DNA from: Macrostomum lignano
Lineage: Eukaryota
DNA: 64,000 nucleotides
Direction: 5' to 3'
Assembly (NCBI GenBank): GCA_002269645.1
Contig: NIVC01000835.1
Span: 371,523 to 435,522 of the forward strand
The notes beneath the pieces were generated by a model that saw only the letters and a program-made list of their open reading frames with translations, was not told the origin of the DNA and ran no database searches. How positions within the stretch are numbered: the first letter of the stretch is position 1; each line of letters starts with the position of its first letter. The translations under genes were made by a program, and so were the position numbers. Positions 46,835-59,362 of this stretch are shown piece by piece.

Positions 46835-47343
46835 AGACAGGCTATTAAAAGTTATTTCAATATTAACCATCAAATTCTAAGGCCAAAATATGATAATTTA
46901 GTTTGAAATTCCATAATCAATTATTAAACTTTGGTAATGGCTACTTCAAGCATTCTTATATTTAGTTAATTTAACCTTGCATTTTGTTGACTAAATTCAC
47001 TAAAACAAGTAATATTGATTCCATACTGCTATCATATTATAAATCACAATTTGCAGCTAGTTATCAGTCAATAAGTGATATAAATATATATAAAAATAGA
47101 ATACCTTGGTGCATTGCCTTTGGTGACATTGTCCTACAACCATTATAGGAATCTCTATGCCTTGGGGTTAGAGTCAGACCCTAATTAGATGACTAATTGG
47201 GGATAGGAGCAGTTTGGCAAAAAATGCATTCTGACTTTCACATTATGACAATACTGCCCTCAGCCAATGGCTATTTGTGTATAATTTCTCCGTTTGGCTT
47301 GACGCCCCCCCCCCCCCCCTGCAGTGTTTGTCTGCCCGGCCCA

Positions 47344-50300
47344 ATGTCGGACAGTTGGCGCCACCGTCAGCAGCAGTTGGCCGGCCGCCTTCAGTCGGCT
47401 GTGCTGGCTGGTGATGAGGCTGAGGCTGGCCAAATAGTTGAGCAGCTCTGCTCCGGACCCGCCGCTGGTGTCCAAGTGTATCCCGATCCAGACAATGGCT
47501 CGCTAGCATCGTCTATTGAAGCTGTTCAACTAGTCAGCATAGTACTGCAGACCAGATGCGCCCGCGTCAGCCAGCCGCTTCACCTGGCCATGCCGACCGT
47601 TGTTGATTCTGTCCCCGTCACCATCGCCGATTTAAAGCGCGAACTGCTGCTTAGATTCGACATCCCGACTCGCCTGCAAACCTGCATAGTTGGCCAAGAG
47701 ATACCGCCAGACGAGGCGCCACTGAATGGACTGGCAGCCGAGTCAGAAACCTTGGCTGGCTGCACTAGCAGGCTACCGGCGTCACGGCTGCTGGTTCGAG
47801 TCTACGTGCGAGCTGTTGGCGACTGGCGACCGCCGCCTGCCGAGCTGCGAAGCCTAAAAGAAGCTGTCTGCGACGCCAAGGGAAATTGCAACAGATTTGA
47901 GCTGGTTAATCCTGTGCAATCCTGTCCGCCACCTCCTTCTGATAGTAGTGTAAGTGACCTGCAGAGTGCTATTGTGGCTGGAACTGTTCTCTCCTTTTCT
48001 TTGTAGGGAATCCTAACCCTCTAAAAATCCAGTTGCCATGTCTCTGAGAATCCATTTGCCATGTCTCTGTGAATCCAGTTGCCATGTCTCTGAGAATCCA
48101 TTTGCCATGTCTCTGAGAATCCAGTTGCCATGTCTCTGAGAATCCAGTTGCCATGTCTCTGAGAATCCAGTTGCCATGTCTCTGAGAATCCAGTTGCCAT
48201 GTCTCTGAGAATCCAGTTGCCATGTCTCTGAGAATCCAGTTGCCATGTCTCTGAGAATCCAGTTGCCATGTCTCTGAGAATCCATTTGCCATGTCTCTGA
48301 GAATCCATTTGCCATGTCTCTGAGAATCCAGTTGCCATGTCTCTGAGAATCCATTTGCCATGTCTCTGTGAATCCAGTTGCCATGTCTCTGAGAATCCAT
48401 TTGCCATGTCTCTGAGATTACATTTGCCGTGTCTCTGAGAATCCAGTTGCCATGTCTCTGAGAATCCATTTGCCATGTCTCTGTGAATCCAGTTGCCATG
48501 TCTCTGAGAATCCATTTGCCATGTCTCTGAGAATCCATTTGTCATGTCTCTGAGAATCCATTTGCCATGTCTCTGTGAATCCAGTTGCCATGTCTCTGAG
48601 AATCCATTTGCCATGTCTCTGTGAATCCAGTTGCCATGTCTCTGAGAATCCATTTGCCATGTCTCTGGATTCGGTTGTCATTTCTCTATTGCTATTTCTC
48701 TTTTGCCATTATGTAAAATGTACTTATAAAAGCGATCGATAATCTGCAATCAAGCGTCATATCTGAACGAATTCACAGCCGCCAGGCTGGGACTGTCCGA
48801 CTTGCACTTTTCGCAACAAGCCGAGTCGGCTGGGCTGCGAGATTTGCTCAGGAGAGCCGCCACCCGGCTACGAACCGGTTGTTGAAGCCGAAGATGAAGC
48901 GCGGCGGCTGCAGCTGGAGCGGGAGTTTCTGGAGCAGGTGAGTGAAGATTTTCAGTTTTCACTCATTATTGACCTGGTTTACACTGATATGGGACGCATT
49001 CACACTGATATGGGACGCATTCACACTGATATGAGACATTCACACTGATATGAGACATTCACACTGATATGAGACATTCACACTGATATGGGACATTCAC
49101 ATTGATATGAGACATTCACACTGATATGGGACATTCACACTGATATGAGACATTCACACTGATATGAGACATTCACACTAATGTGCGACATTCACACTGA
49201 TATGAGACACATTCACACTGATATGAGACATTCACACTGATATGAGACACATTCACACTGATATGAGACACATTCACACTGATATGAGACATTCACACTG
49301 ATATGAGACACATTCACACTGATATGGGACGTATTCACACTGATATGAGACATTCACACTGATATGGGACATTCACACTGATATGAGACATTCACACTGA
49401 TATGAGACATTCACACTGATATGAGACATTCACACTGTTATGAGACATTCACACTGATATGAGACATTCACATTGATATGAGACACATTCACACTGATAT
49501 GAGACATTCACACTGATATGAGACATTCACACTGATATGGGACACATTCACTGATATGAGACACATTCACACTGATATGGGACACATTCACACTGATATG
49601 AGACACATTCACACTGATATGGGACACATTCACACTGATATGAGACACATTCACACCGATATGGGACACATTCACACTGATATGAGACATTCACACTGAT
49701 ATGAGACATTCACACTGATATGAGACATTCACACTGATATGAGACACTGTGTTCAGATCTAGGTTTCTTTAGCAGTGTACGTCATGACACGTAGTTTTGG
49801 CCTTCTGAATTTGGACCCCGATTGCCAAATTGGTACCCTGTTTTTTTCAAACTAAATGTTATTTTTTTGGGCTCCATGGTTTCTGTAATCCATATTTTAT
49901 TTAAAGCATCAATAAAGGGTAAAGGGTAGATTAGAGGTATTAAGGTATTATGTTTAATTTCTAAATTTTCCACTCATGTCAGCTGCATAAAAAGCTCAGA
50001 TTCAGATTTTTACGTGATTGGTACGGATAGAAACTTCATAGACATTCAAATGTCCATTGATTGGTATATTTTGACATCTACATACAAATTAGTAATATTG
50101 TTTCACTGTACAAGTGCACTGGAGAGTTCACTTGAGCTTTCTAAGAATCTAACAGAATTTTAACTATCAGATAAGCTTCTGAGTATACAGTATACTAATA
50201 TTGTTTATGTTTTTTCTACAAATTAATAACAGCTCTAATAACTGCAATCTTTTCATAGGTTGCTGGCTGGCAAGTTAAAGTGCAGCTTCTTTTGTTTGCT

Positions 50301-53300
50301 AAAAGTTTAATGAATTTGCGTGTTGTTCTACACAAGTTTTATAACAATATCCTTTGCCTGATTGGCCGCTTTTGCAATACTGCTATTAATAATATACTAC
50401 TGCTAATGAGTAGTTATCAGCAATAGTCTCAGATTCCAATAGGCCATTTCAATTATCTATCTAAAATTTTAACAATATAATCCGACAGCAACTTTGCTAA
50501 TGTTGCTGAAACGAAACACATTTTCTTGTTAATTTCTTTTTTTGTCTTTTAGCAGCAGCAGCAGCAGCAGCAGAGCAAAGACGCACAAAGCCGCGACAGA
50601 GCCAGATCAATGAGGCCGCTGCCTTCGTTGCCGTCGGGGAAAACTGCACTTCCACGACTGCCGCCTCGTTGCAGTAAAAATTTGTCGAATCTGCCAACCC
50701 AGAGTCAGAATCTGCCGTCTGCCAGTTTGAATCTGCCAACCCAGAGTCAGAATCTGCCGTCTGCAAGTTCGAATCTGCCAACCCAGAATCAGAATCTGCC
50801 GTCTGCCAGTTTGAATCTGCCAACCCAGAGTCAGAATCTGCCGTCTGCCAGTTTGAATCTGCCAACCCAGAGTCAGAATCTGCCGTCTGCAAGTTCGAAT
50901 CTGCCAACCCAGAGTCAGAATCTGCCGTCTGCCAGTTCGAATATGCCAACCCAGCGTCAGAATCTGCCGTCTGCCAGTTCGAATCTGCCAACCCAGAGTC
51001 AGAATCTGCCGTCTGCCAGTTCGAATCTGCCAACCCAGAGTCAGAATCTGCCGTCTGCAAGTTCGAATCTGCCAACCCAGAGTCAGAATCTGCCGTCTGC
51101 CAGTTCGAATATGCCAACCCAGCGTCAGAATCTGCCGTCTGAAAGTTCGAATCTGTCAACCCAGAGTCAGAATCTGTCGTCTGCAAGTTCGAATCTGCCA
51201 ACCCAGCGTCAGAATCTACCATCTGCAAGTTCGAAACTGCCAACCCAGCATCAAAATCTACCGTCTGCCAGTTCGATTCTGCCAACCCAGAGTCAGAATC
51301 TGTCGTCTGCCAGTTCGAAACTGCCAAAAAAGCGTCAGAATCTGCCATCTGCCAGTTCCATTCTGGCATCCTTGCGTCAGAATCTGCGCCAAAAACCGTT
51401 GCCGCCGTCGAAGCCGCCGCCGCAGCCGCCTCCGCCAACAATAAATCGGTTGCCAAGTACCGGCGGACTGCCTCGTCCGCCGCCGCCGCCGCCTCCGCCG
51501 AAGCCACCGAAGCCGACGATTGATCGCGCTAGGCCGGCTTCGAACTCGCCGTCGCCGCCGCCAGTCTGGAAGCCGATTCGAATCGAGCCCAAGCCGCGCC
51601 GGGTCATTCAATTCGGAGCTGGCGAATCGGCCAGCCCGCCTGTGGAAACGGATGAACAGGGCAGCAAAGATGAGAGTGAACTCTATGCCAGCGTTGCTTC
51701 CGGTCCTGCAGAAGCAGCAAAACTAGCAGAAGAAGAAGACAAAGAAGACGATGAGGATGCATTTTTTGACCGAGCAATGGACGCTCTTCGCGCCAGATCT
51801 ATGGCTATTCGAAACAAAGCCGATCAAGAGCGGCTTCAACATCTTATAAACAGGCATGGCAGTGACGGTTAACTTTAGTTTTTTTGTGTTTCATTTTAAT
51901 TTCTTCTAGACTTTCATTTTGTTTTTATATATTGGCGCCAAAGTCTTTTGGGTTCGTTGTAAATTTTTATCGCAATATGCTATTAGTACTACTGCCTTTA
52001 TTGTTTTTATTGTCGGTTAGAAAAATCGACCTTAACTTTTGTGCTAATCATGCTTATCTGTTTTGCTTCCCAGACTATATGTCTTTTTACATCTATATGT
52101 TTCCTTGGTTGCTTGTAAATTTGAAGGGCAGGGTGAGGTGTATAAATCCTACATTACATATATTGAGGTGACATGTCTATGTCATAGATATTGGGGTCAG
52201 ATGTTTATGCTCTGCATCATCGATAGGAGTGAGATGTCTGGGCCCTGCATCATAGATAGGAGTGAGATGTCTGGCTGGCCCCTGCATCATAGATAGGAGT
52301 GAGATGTCTGGCTGGCCCCTGCATCATAGATAGGAGTGAGATGTCTGGCTGGCCCCTGCATCATAGATAGATGTGAGATGTCTGGCAGCTGCATCATAGA
52401 TAGGGGTGAGATGTCTGGCAGCTGCATCATAGATAGGGGTGAGATGTCTGGCTGGCCCCTGCATCATAGATAGATGTGAGATGTCTGGGCCCTGCATCAT
52501 AGATAGGGGTGAGATGTCTGGGCCCTGCATCATAAATAGGGGTGAGATGTCTGGGCCCTGCATCATAAATTGGGGTGAGATGTCTGGCTGGCCCCTGCAT
52601 CATAGATAGGGGTGAGATGTCTGGCTGGCCCCTGCATCATAGATAGGGGTGAGATGTCTGGCTGGCCCCTGCATCATAGATAGGGGTGAGATGTCTGGCT
52701 GGCCCCTGCATCATAGATAGGGGTGAGATGTCTGGCCCCCGCATCATAGATAGATGTGAGATGTCTGGGCCCCGCATCATAGATAGGGGTGAGATGTCTG
52801 GCTGGCCCCAGCATCATAGATAGGGGTGAGATGTCTGGGCCCTGCATCATAGATATTGATATGTAAAATAGATATATTAAAGTCCTGTTTTGCAAATATA
52901 GTCATTTGTTTCAGTGTGCATATTCTTACCGGATTATCCCACAGCTGATTATGCCAGCCCCCTCTATTTTTCCTCTCGTGTCGAGCAAACTCGCCTCGCG
53001 AAGCCTTGAACAGCAAGCATCGCATTTGTTAATATACGAGCTACTACTCGTGTACAGAAATTATTCTGTTTTGATGTATCAATTTTTATGTATTCCCTCT
53101 GCTGTGACCAGTGAGTTGGCTTAAATTGGTAATAAAACAGCTATATTGGCAAATATTTAGATTTAAGCTGATTGTTTTTGCATTTTGCATGAAAATATGC
53201 CCCGACATTTGTCTCTAAACTTTGTAGACATTAAGCAACCATAAACCCCCTTTTTGTTGCTGTTGCTCCAATTTATTTGTTTTCGGTTCAACACTTGACA

Positions 53301-56300
53301 GCTTAAACAGTATGCATTAATTCGCTTACAAATATATTTTATTTATAAGCGCCATTTTTGGTCTGAAAGACCTTGGAACAAATATTGCTTTTTCACCAGC
53401 TATAATCTTTAACAACACCTTTAACCCTAACTGCGAATACACGACATTCAAACGACTGTTATAAGAATTATAAACCAATAATCACGTTTTTTTCGAATTC
53501 TGAGCAATGAGCAACTCATGTTTAACTTAGTCTAAACGATTCTCGCGAGGGCTTGCTATTTCAGTTTTAAAGGGCTATAGATTACAGAAGCACATGATGC
53601 AGAAGTCATGATAAAGTCCTGTTGAAAACAATTGCTTTTCAAGTAGGTCCTTTAACGACCCGTTCACTGATAGTGAAGCTCAGTCAGTCCCTCGATGACA
53701 AATCAAGATCAGTTTAGTTCATTTGTAAATTCATTAGCTCAGTTCACCAGTGGCACAATTTGAGTCTCAGTTTTTATCAGTGACGCAATTTGAGGCACAA
53801 TGAATTAGCGACACATTTTGAGGCCCACTTTCATTAGTGACACAATTTGAGGCTCACTTTCATCAGTGACACAATTTGAGGCTCAGTTTTTATCAGTGAC
53901 ACATTTTGAGGCTCACTTTCATCAGTGACAAATTTTGAGGCTCAGTTTCATCAGTGACACAATTTGAGGCCCAGTTTTTATCAGTGACGCAATTTGAGGC
54001 ACAATGAATTAGTGACACATTTTGAGGCTCACTTTCATCAGTGACACAATTTGAGGCCCAGTTTTTATCAGTGACGCAATTTGAGGCACAATGAATTAGT
54101 GACACATTTTGAGGCTCACTTTCATCAGTGACACAATTTGAGGCCCAGTTTTTATCAGTGACGCAATTTGAGGCACAATGAATTAGTGACACATTTTGAG
54201 GCTCACTTTCATCAGTGACACAATTTGAGGCTCAGTTTTTATCAGTGACACATTTTGAGGCTCAGTTTCATCAGTGACACAATTTGAGGCCCAATTTTTA
54301 TCAGTGACGCAATTTGAGGCTCAGTTTTTATCAGTGACGCAATTTGAGGCTCAGTTTTTATCAGTGACGCAATTTGAGGCTCAGTTTTTATCAGTGACGC
54401 AATTTGAGGCTCAGTTTCATCAGTGACACAATTTGAGGCTCAGTTTTCATCAGTGACGCAATTTGAGGCCCAGTTTTTATCAGTGACGCAATTTGAGGCA
54501 CAATGAATTAGTGACACATTTTGAGGCTCACTTTCATCAGTGACACAATTTGAGGCTCAGTTTTCATCAGTGACGCAATTTGAGGCTCACTTTCATCAGT
54601 GACAATTTGAGGCTCAGTTTTTATCAGTGACGCAATTTTGAGGCTCACTTTCATCAGTGACAATTTGAGGCTCAGTTTTTATCAGTGACGCAATTTGAGG
54701 CTCAGTTTCATCAGTGACACAATGTGGCAAATTAGGCAAAAAATTAGGCAAATTCAACACGCTTGACTCAAAGCCAGCAATGTGGCTTTGCTATATCACA
54801 CAATGCCATGTAATAAAGATTTATATTACCGTTGCACTCTGTCAAACAGCAAATGCCAACAATGCCAACACTCATCATGCATTACCAAACACAGCAAGAG
54901 CGCCAGCGCAGTCGCAATCTCAGTGCGCACCTGGCCTTGGCAAACTGTTCATTAATTCCGGCCAAGCAAGATTTCGAATGCCCGATCTGCATCACGGACG
55001 TATCGGCAGAGTGCGATGCGGACGGCATTCAATTGCGCGACTGCGGCCACGAGGTGTGCCGAGAGTGCCTGCGCCAGCACCTGCTCCACGCCGACTCCAT
55101 GCCAGTCCGCTGTCCGCACGATCAGTGCCAGCAGACGGTGACCGATTCGGAGGCCAACCAGTTGCTAACCAGTCAAGAATTCGACCGGTTGCAACGGTTG
55201 GGCCTTCGACAAGCCGAAGCTGTCATACCCAACACGTTCCACTGCGTGGCGCCTAACTGCGACGCCTTCGTTGAGCTGGCCGAAGATGTTAACAGCTTCG
55301 AGTGCATGCTGTGCGGCCTGCACAACTGCGTCACGTGTCGGGCCTCGCATCCGGGCGTCAGCTGTCGGCGATACCAGAACCAGCTGAGGATTGACGCTAA
55401 GAATAATAAGGAGGCCCAGCTCAATCTGACGCACCTGGAGGTGAGCGCTGCTGCGGCTGGGACAGGGGCCTGAGGTGGATTAGTGATAGGGGCCTGAGGC
55501 GGATTAGTGATAGGGGGCTGAGGCGGATTAGTGATAGGGGCCTGAGGCGGATTAGTTATATAAGACTGAGGCGGATTAGTGATATGGGACTGAGGCGGAT
55601 TAGTGATAGGGGCCTGAAGCGGATTAGTGATAGGGGCCTGAGGCGGATTATTTATATGAGACTGAGGCGGATTAGTGATATGGGACTGAGGCGGATTAGT
55701 GATAGGGGCCTGAGGCGGATTATTTATATGAGACTGAGGCGGATTAGTGATATGGGACTGAGGCGGATTAGTGATAGGGGCCTGAGGCGGATTAGTGATA
55801 GGGGACTGAGGCAGATTAGTGATAGGGGCCTGAGGCGGATTAGTGATAGGGGCCTGAGGCGGATTATTTATATGAGACTGAGGCGGATTAGTGATATGGG
55901 ACTGAGGCGGATTAGTGATAGGGGCCTGAGGCGGATTAGTGATAGGGGCCTGAGGCGGATAAGTGATAGGAGCCTGAAACGGATTAGTGCAATAGCTAGA
56001 AGCCTGAAATGGATTGGTGATACGGGCCTGAGGCGGATTAGTGATACGGGCCTGAGGCGGATTAGTGATAAGGGACTGAGGCAGATTAGTGATAGGGGAC
56101 TGAGACAGATTAGTGATAGGGGACTGAGGCAGATTAGTGATAGGGGACTGAGGCGGATTAGTGATGAGGGACTGAGGCGGATTGATTAGTGTGATAAAAC
56201 TGATAGGATTAGTGAGATGAGATGAGGCAGATTAGTGATCGGCTCAGCGGGTGCCGCATGGCGGGGCTCAGACTCGTCTAATGAAAGCAACACAAAGCAA

Positions 56301-56544
56301 TTGCTTTTATTCACCGCAGAAAATGGTGAAATCCGGCGAGGCAATGAACTGCCCGAACTGCCAGGTGTTCCTGCAGAAGAAGGAGGGATGCGACTGGCTG
56401 GCCTGTTCGATGTGCCAAACCGAGATCTGCTGGGCTACCCGGGGACCCAGGTGGGGCCCAGGCGGCAAAGGCGACACCTCCGGAGGCTGCAAGTGTCGCT
56501 TGAATGGACGGCTGTGCCATCCAGAGTGCCAAAACTGTCACTGA
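47344..56544 (+). CDS. RBCK1: RBCK1/HOIL-1L RBR E3 ligase (LTM-UBL-NZF-RING1-IBR-RING2), 4 exons, 511 aa
   Basis: Exons 47344-47949, 48779-48937, 54895-55440, 56320-56544, all phase 0 (1536 nt). [23 protein letters not shown]; [23 protein letters not shown]; [24 protein letters not shown]; RING1 CPIC...CGHEVCREC; RING2 QKKEGCDW with the catalytic Cys; HOIL-1-type C-terminus [18 protein letters not shown]...CHPECQNCH. Confidence 0.96.
48022..48668. repeat. 23-bp minisatellite (RBCK1 intron 1)
   Basis: Unit GAGAATCCA(G/T)TTGCCATGTCTCT. Confidence 0.96.
48980..49748. repeat. 19/21-bp minisatellite (RBCK1 intron 2)
   Basis: Unit GAGACATTCACACTGATAT, with optional CA. Confidence 0.96.
50553..51872 (+). 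CDS. In-frame alternative terminal exon in RBCK1 intron 2 (poly-Q, 13-aa repeats, poly-Pro, acidic tail)
   Basis: Strong acceptor TTTTTTTGTCTTTTAG|CAG in phase 0, compatible with the NZF-exon donor at 48937. 439 open codons to TAA. No phase-0 donor seen near the end to rejoin RING1. Confidence 0.7.
   Translation, partial: QQQQQQQSKDAQSRDRARSMRPLPSLPSGKTALPRLPPRCSKNLSNLPTQSQNLPSASLNLPTQSQNLPSASSNLPTQNQNLPSASLNLPTQSQNLPSASLNLPTQSQNLPSASSNLPTQSQNLPSASSNMPTQRQNLPSASSNLPTQSQNLPSASSNLPTQSQNLPSASSNLPTQSQNLPSASSNMPTQRQNLPSESSNLSTQSQNLSSASSNLPTQRQNLPSASSKLPTQHQNLPSASSILPTQSQNLSSASSKLPKKRQNLPSASSILASLRQNLRQKPLPPSKPPPQPPPPTINRLPSTGGLPRPPPPPPPPKPPKPTIDRARPASNSPSPPPVWKPIRIEPKPRRVIQFGAGESASPPVETDEQGSKDESELYASVASGPAEAAKLAEEEDKEDDEDAFFDRAMDALRARSMAIRNKADQERLQHLINRHGSDG
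50680..51395 (+). repeat. 39-bp in-frame coding repeat ([14 protein letters not shown]), about 18 copies
   Basis: Unit AATCTGCCAACCCAGAGTCAGAATCTGCCGTCTGCCAGTTCG-like; length stays a multiple of 3 with no stops. Confidence 0.93.
52215..52855. repeat. 33-37-bp minisatellite
   Basis: Unit CCCTGCATCATAGATAGGGGTGAGATGTCTGG(CTGG)C. Confidence 0.93.
53750..54722. repeat. ~30-bp minisatellite with higher-order structure
   Basis: Unit ATCAGTGAC(A/G)CAATTTGAGGCTCAGTTTTT. Confidence 0.94.
55465..56190. repeat. 24-bp minisatellite (RBCK1 intron 3)
   Basis: Unit GAGGCGGATTAGTGATAGGGGCCT. Confidence 0.96.
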
Positions 56545-58535
56545 AAAGTACTGGTTGGGTCAATGTACTTTTAGAAAAATTATGTGCCAGAATTTTCACT
56601 TTATTAGTATCCGTGTTAAGATAATGCGCTTTTAACAGCCTGGTTTGTACTCATTACGTACTGTAGCCTTATAATAGTTAATTTTGAGTTTCTTTGTTTC
56701 AATGAAACTGTGCTCAGACTGCAACCAAGACTATCTGTGTGCATAATTTTTAGCTTAGTCTAAATTTATATAGAAATTGCCATTTTTCAAAACTTTCTAT
56801 TCCGCCGATGAATATCGCTTTTAATTGTATGAGCGTGCATGTACATCCGTGAATTCTATTTTCTACTTGCATTGCCTGCAGTGACTCCAGTGAGTCACAG
56901 AATTCGCGCATTCAATCAAGTTTTATTTCTCTGGGAAATTTGTTTTATATTATAAAATGTTTTTCTTTAATTTTGCTACTTGCTCACCAAAGCTATATTT
57001 TCCTTGAAGTATTGTTGCATCCAATGTAGTCCACGACTGTCGCTTCTACTTTATATGGGTCTTTAAATACTCTAGTAAAATTGCGAAAAATATTCTAGCT
57101 ATTTATACTCGTAAAGTGTTGGTTTATCATATTTTTATGAATGATAATTTTCATGAGAAAAAAATTATATTCTTATTCTTGTAATATACTGTATTCCTTG
57201 AATGATAAAAAACAATGCCTTTCTAAACATTCCTAAAATACAAATGACTACTCTTAAGGAATATCTCACATGAAAACTTTTAAAAGCTATAGGACCACAG
57301 AGTTTCATGACCTAAAGAGACCTTAAAAAGCTACGAGTATTTTTAAAATCAAGCACGGATCCAGAATTTTACCACTCAGATACTTCAATTTCCAACTCCA
57401 ACTCAAAGAAAATTTTTATCTGCGATAAGACTATTCAGACGCTGAAGCGATTGCTTGAAACCAAGGAGAAACGAAATCTGCATGTGTAGTGCTATTAACG
57501 ACAATAAAGGAAGTGCAAACTCTTGAAGCCGATTTTCAAGCTCCCACGGTGTCGTGTTTTGTCCGTGGCCAAAATTTTGTATAAAAGCACGCGCTTCTAC
57601 CTCATGTTTGATACTTTAAGTGTAGGCTTCTTTTTCATAATGAGTGCAGCCTTTACATTGTATGGTCTTTGGCTGCAGCAATAGTGCAAAAGAAGCGGCT
57701 GTCTCGTTTTGAGGTACAAAAACAATTTAGAATGTCTCAGCTCGTTGATACACTCGACACGAGCCGGAAAGCCGTATAATATAGGTTTAAATAATAGTTA
57801 AAACAAAAGGAATCAAATTTTAAGCAAAGAAATAAAAAAGTAAAATTTATATTAAGTAAATTTTTTATTTTTTAGTTTTTTAAAACGAAGTAGCAATTTT
57901 TTTATTAACTGGTAAAAAAAGTGTTTTGCTTTGAGCATTGCAGAAAAAACTTTGTGACTGTTTATTTATTCTTGACTTTTTTTTCTGCGTTCTGCAAGCA
58001 AGCAAGGCAAGGCATCGTATATCATTATAGAAAATTCAGATTAGTTAATACGGAATTGATTTTCTCCTTTTTCGTTATAAAACTCGGTAGTTGTCATTAC
58101 CTGCTAATTTATATACTTAATCACTCGTCAGAAGTTTTAATGTACTGTTAATGTCTTTCTTTCACGACTCTAAAAATAGGTAGGCCTAATGGAAGGATTG
58201 AGTGGTGATGATAATGTAATAGTACATTAAATAATTTTGTCATTTTATATAAAATATACTATTCGTACATGAAACATTTAGTGGGTGTTTTTATTTTTGT
58301 TCTTCCTTTTTTTATTCCCTTTTTGAAATTATTCAACCTGTTTAAGTTTTCTAATTTTAAGTCCAGTTTTTAGCTCGATAATGATGGACATTTTTTATTA
58401 GGCCTATAGTCAATGATGACACAATTTTAGTATATTTGACTATATAGATAATTCGCTTTTTCATTTTAATACAATATTATTAGACTCAAAAGTTAGAACT
58501 AGATTCATTCTAGTTTAGTATTCACTATTCATTAA

Positions 58536-59130
58536 GGCAGTGCTTATCCCCACGGTACCGTAGGAATAATTTCTGTCTTATTCCAACGGTACCGTGGGGA
58601 TAATTTTCTGCTTATCCGCACGGCACATTGACGAGATAGCTGCCCCATCTTCTACATATGCCGTGGGAATAATTTTCTGCTTATCCGCACGGGTGAATTG
58701 TTGAAGCAATGCAATAATCTATACAAACAAATTGAGAATTTACATGTCTAGTAAGAAGTCTACAGAAGCAGCGGCAATGGACTTTTCAGGGATGTCGGGA
58801 TTTAAAGACTAGTTGCTAAAAGTTCTTAAATTGTAAACAATTACTAGAGCAATTTATCTTAAATCATATGTCATAAATACAAAAAAGTGTTTTTTTGCGT
58901 AACAAGGCCATTAAATCTTTACTTCTATCAAAATAATAGCCAAGCAAAGTTATGTTGTTATATTGCACTTAAACCGTAAGTACTAAACTAAATTATGAAC
59001 CCACGGCATATGTGGAAGATGGGCAGCTGTCTCGTCAGTGTGCCGTGCGGATAAGCAGAAAATTATCCCCACGGTACCGTTGGAATAAGACAGAAATTAT
59101 TCCTACAGTACTGTGGGGATAAGCACTGCC
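58536..59130. mobile_element. 595-bp non-autonomous Mutator-like (MULE) element
   Basis: About 130-bp TIRs starting GGCAGTGCTTATCCCCAC with few mismatches; perfect 9-bp TSD ATTCATTAA at 58527-58535 and 59131-59139. Confidence 0.9.
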
Positions 59131-59362
59131 ATTCATTAATTTTGGTATTATATATAGGCCTAAGATTTAAGAACTTTGTATCTTTCACTTTGCTAGGGGC
59201 CTAGACTAATAACTAATGTAAGACATTTTTTGTATTTTCAAACAAAAGATAAAACTAAAATAATATAGCAATTTAATTGATAAAAATTGAGCTAAAAATT
59301 GCAATTTGCATGAAATGTTTTTTTTGGAATTTAGATATGTTAAATCATACTGACTTTTAATA

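Noticed and set aside
50497-51507. 336-aa minus-strand ORF ([11 protein letters not shown] repeats)
   Set aside because: Antisense shadow of the 39-bp coding repeat. The plus frame has the splice acceptor and a longer non-repeat extension.
53750-54722. TGACGCAAT (C/EBP-ATF-like) motifs in the RBCK1 intron array
   Set aside because: Present in only a subset of units, and a chance motif match is expected among this many arrays.
57330-57615. About 95-codon stop-free minus-strand frame in AT-rich intergenic DNA
   Set aside because: No start or splice context and no recognisable domain; could be chance or a decayed element.
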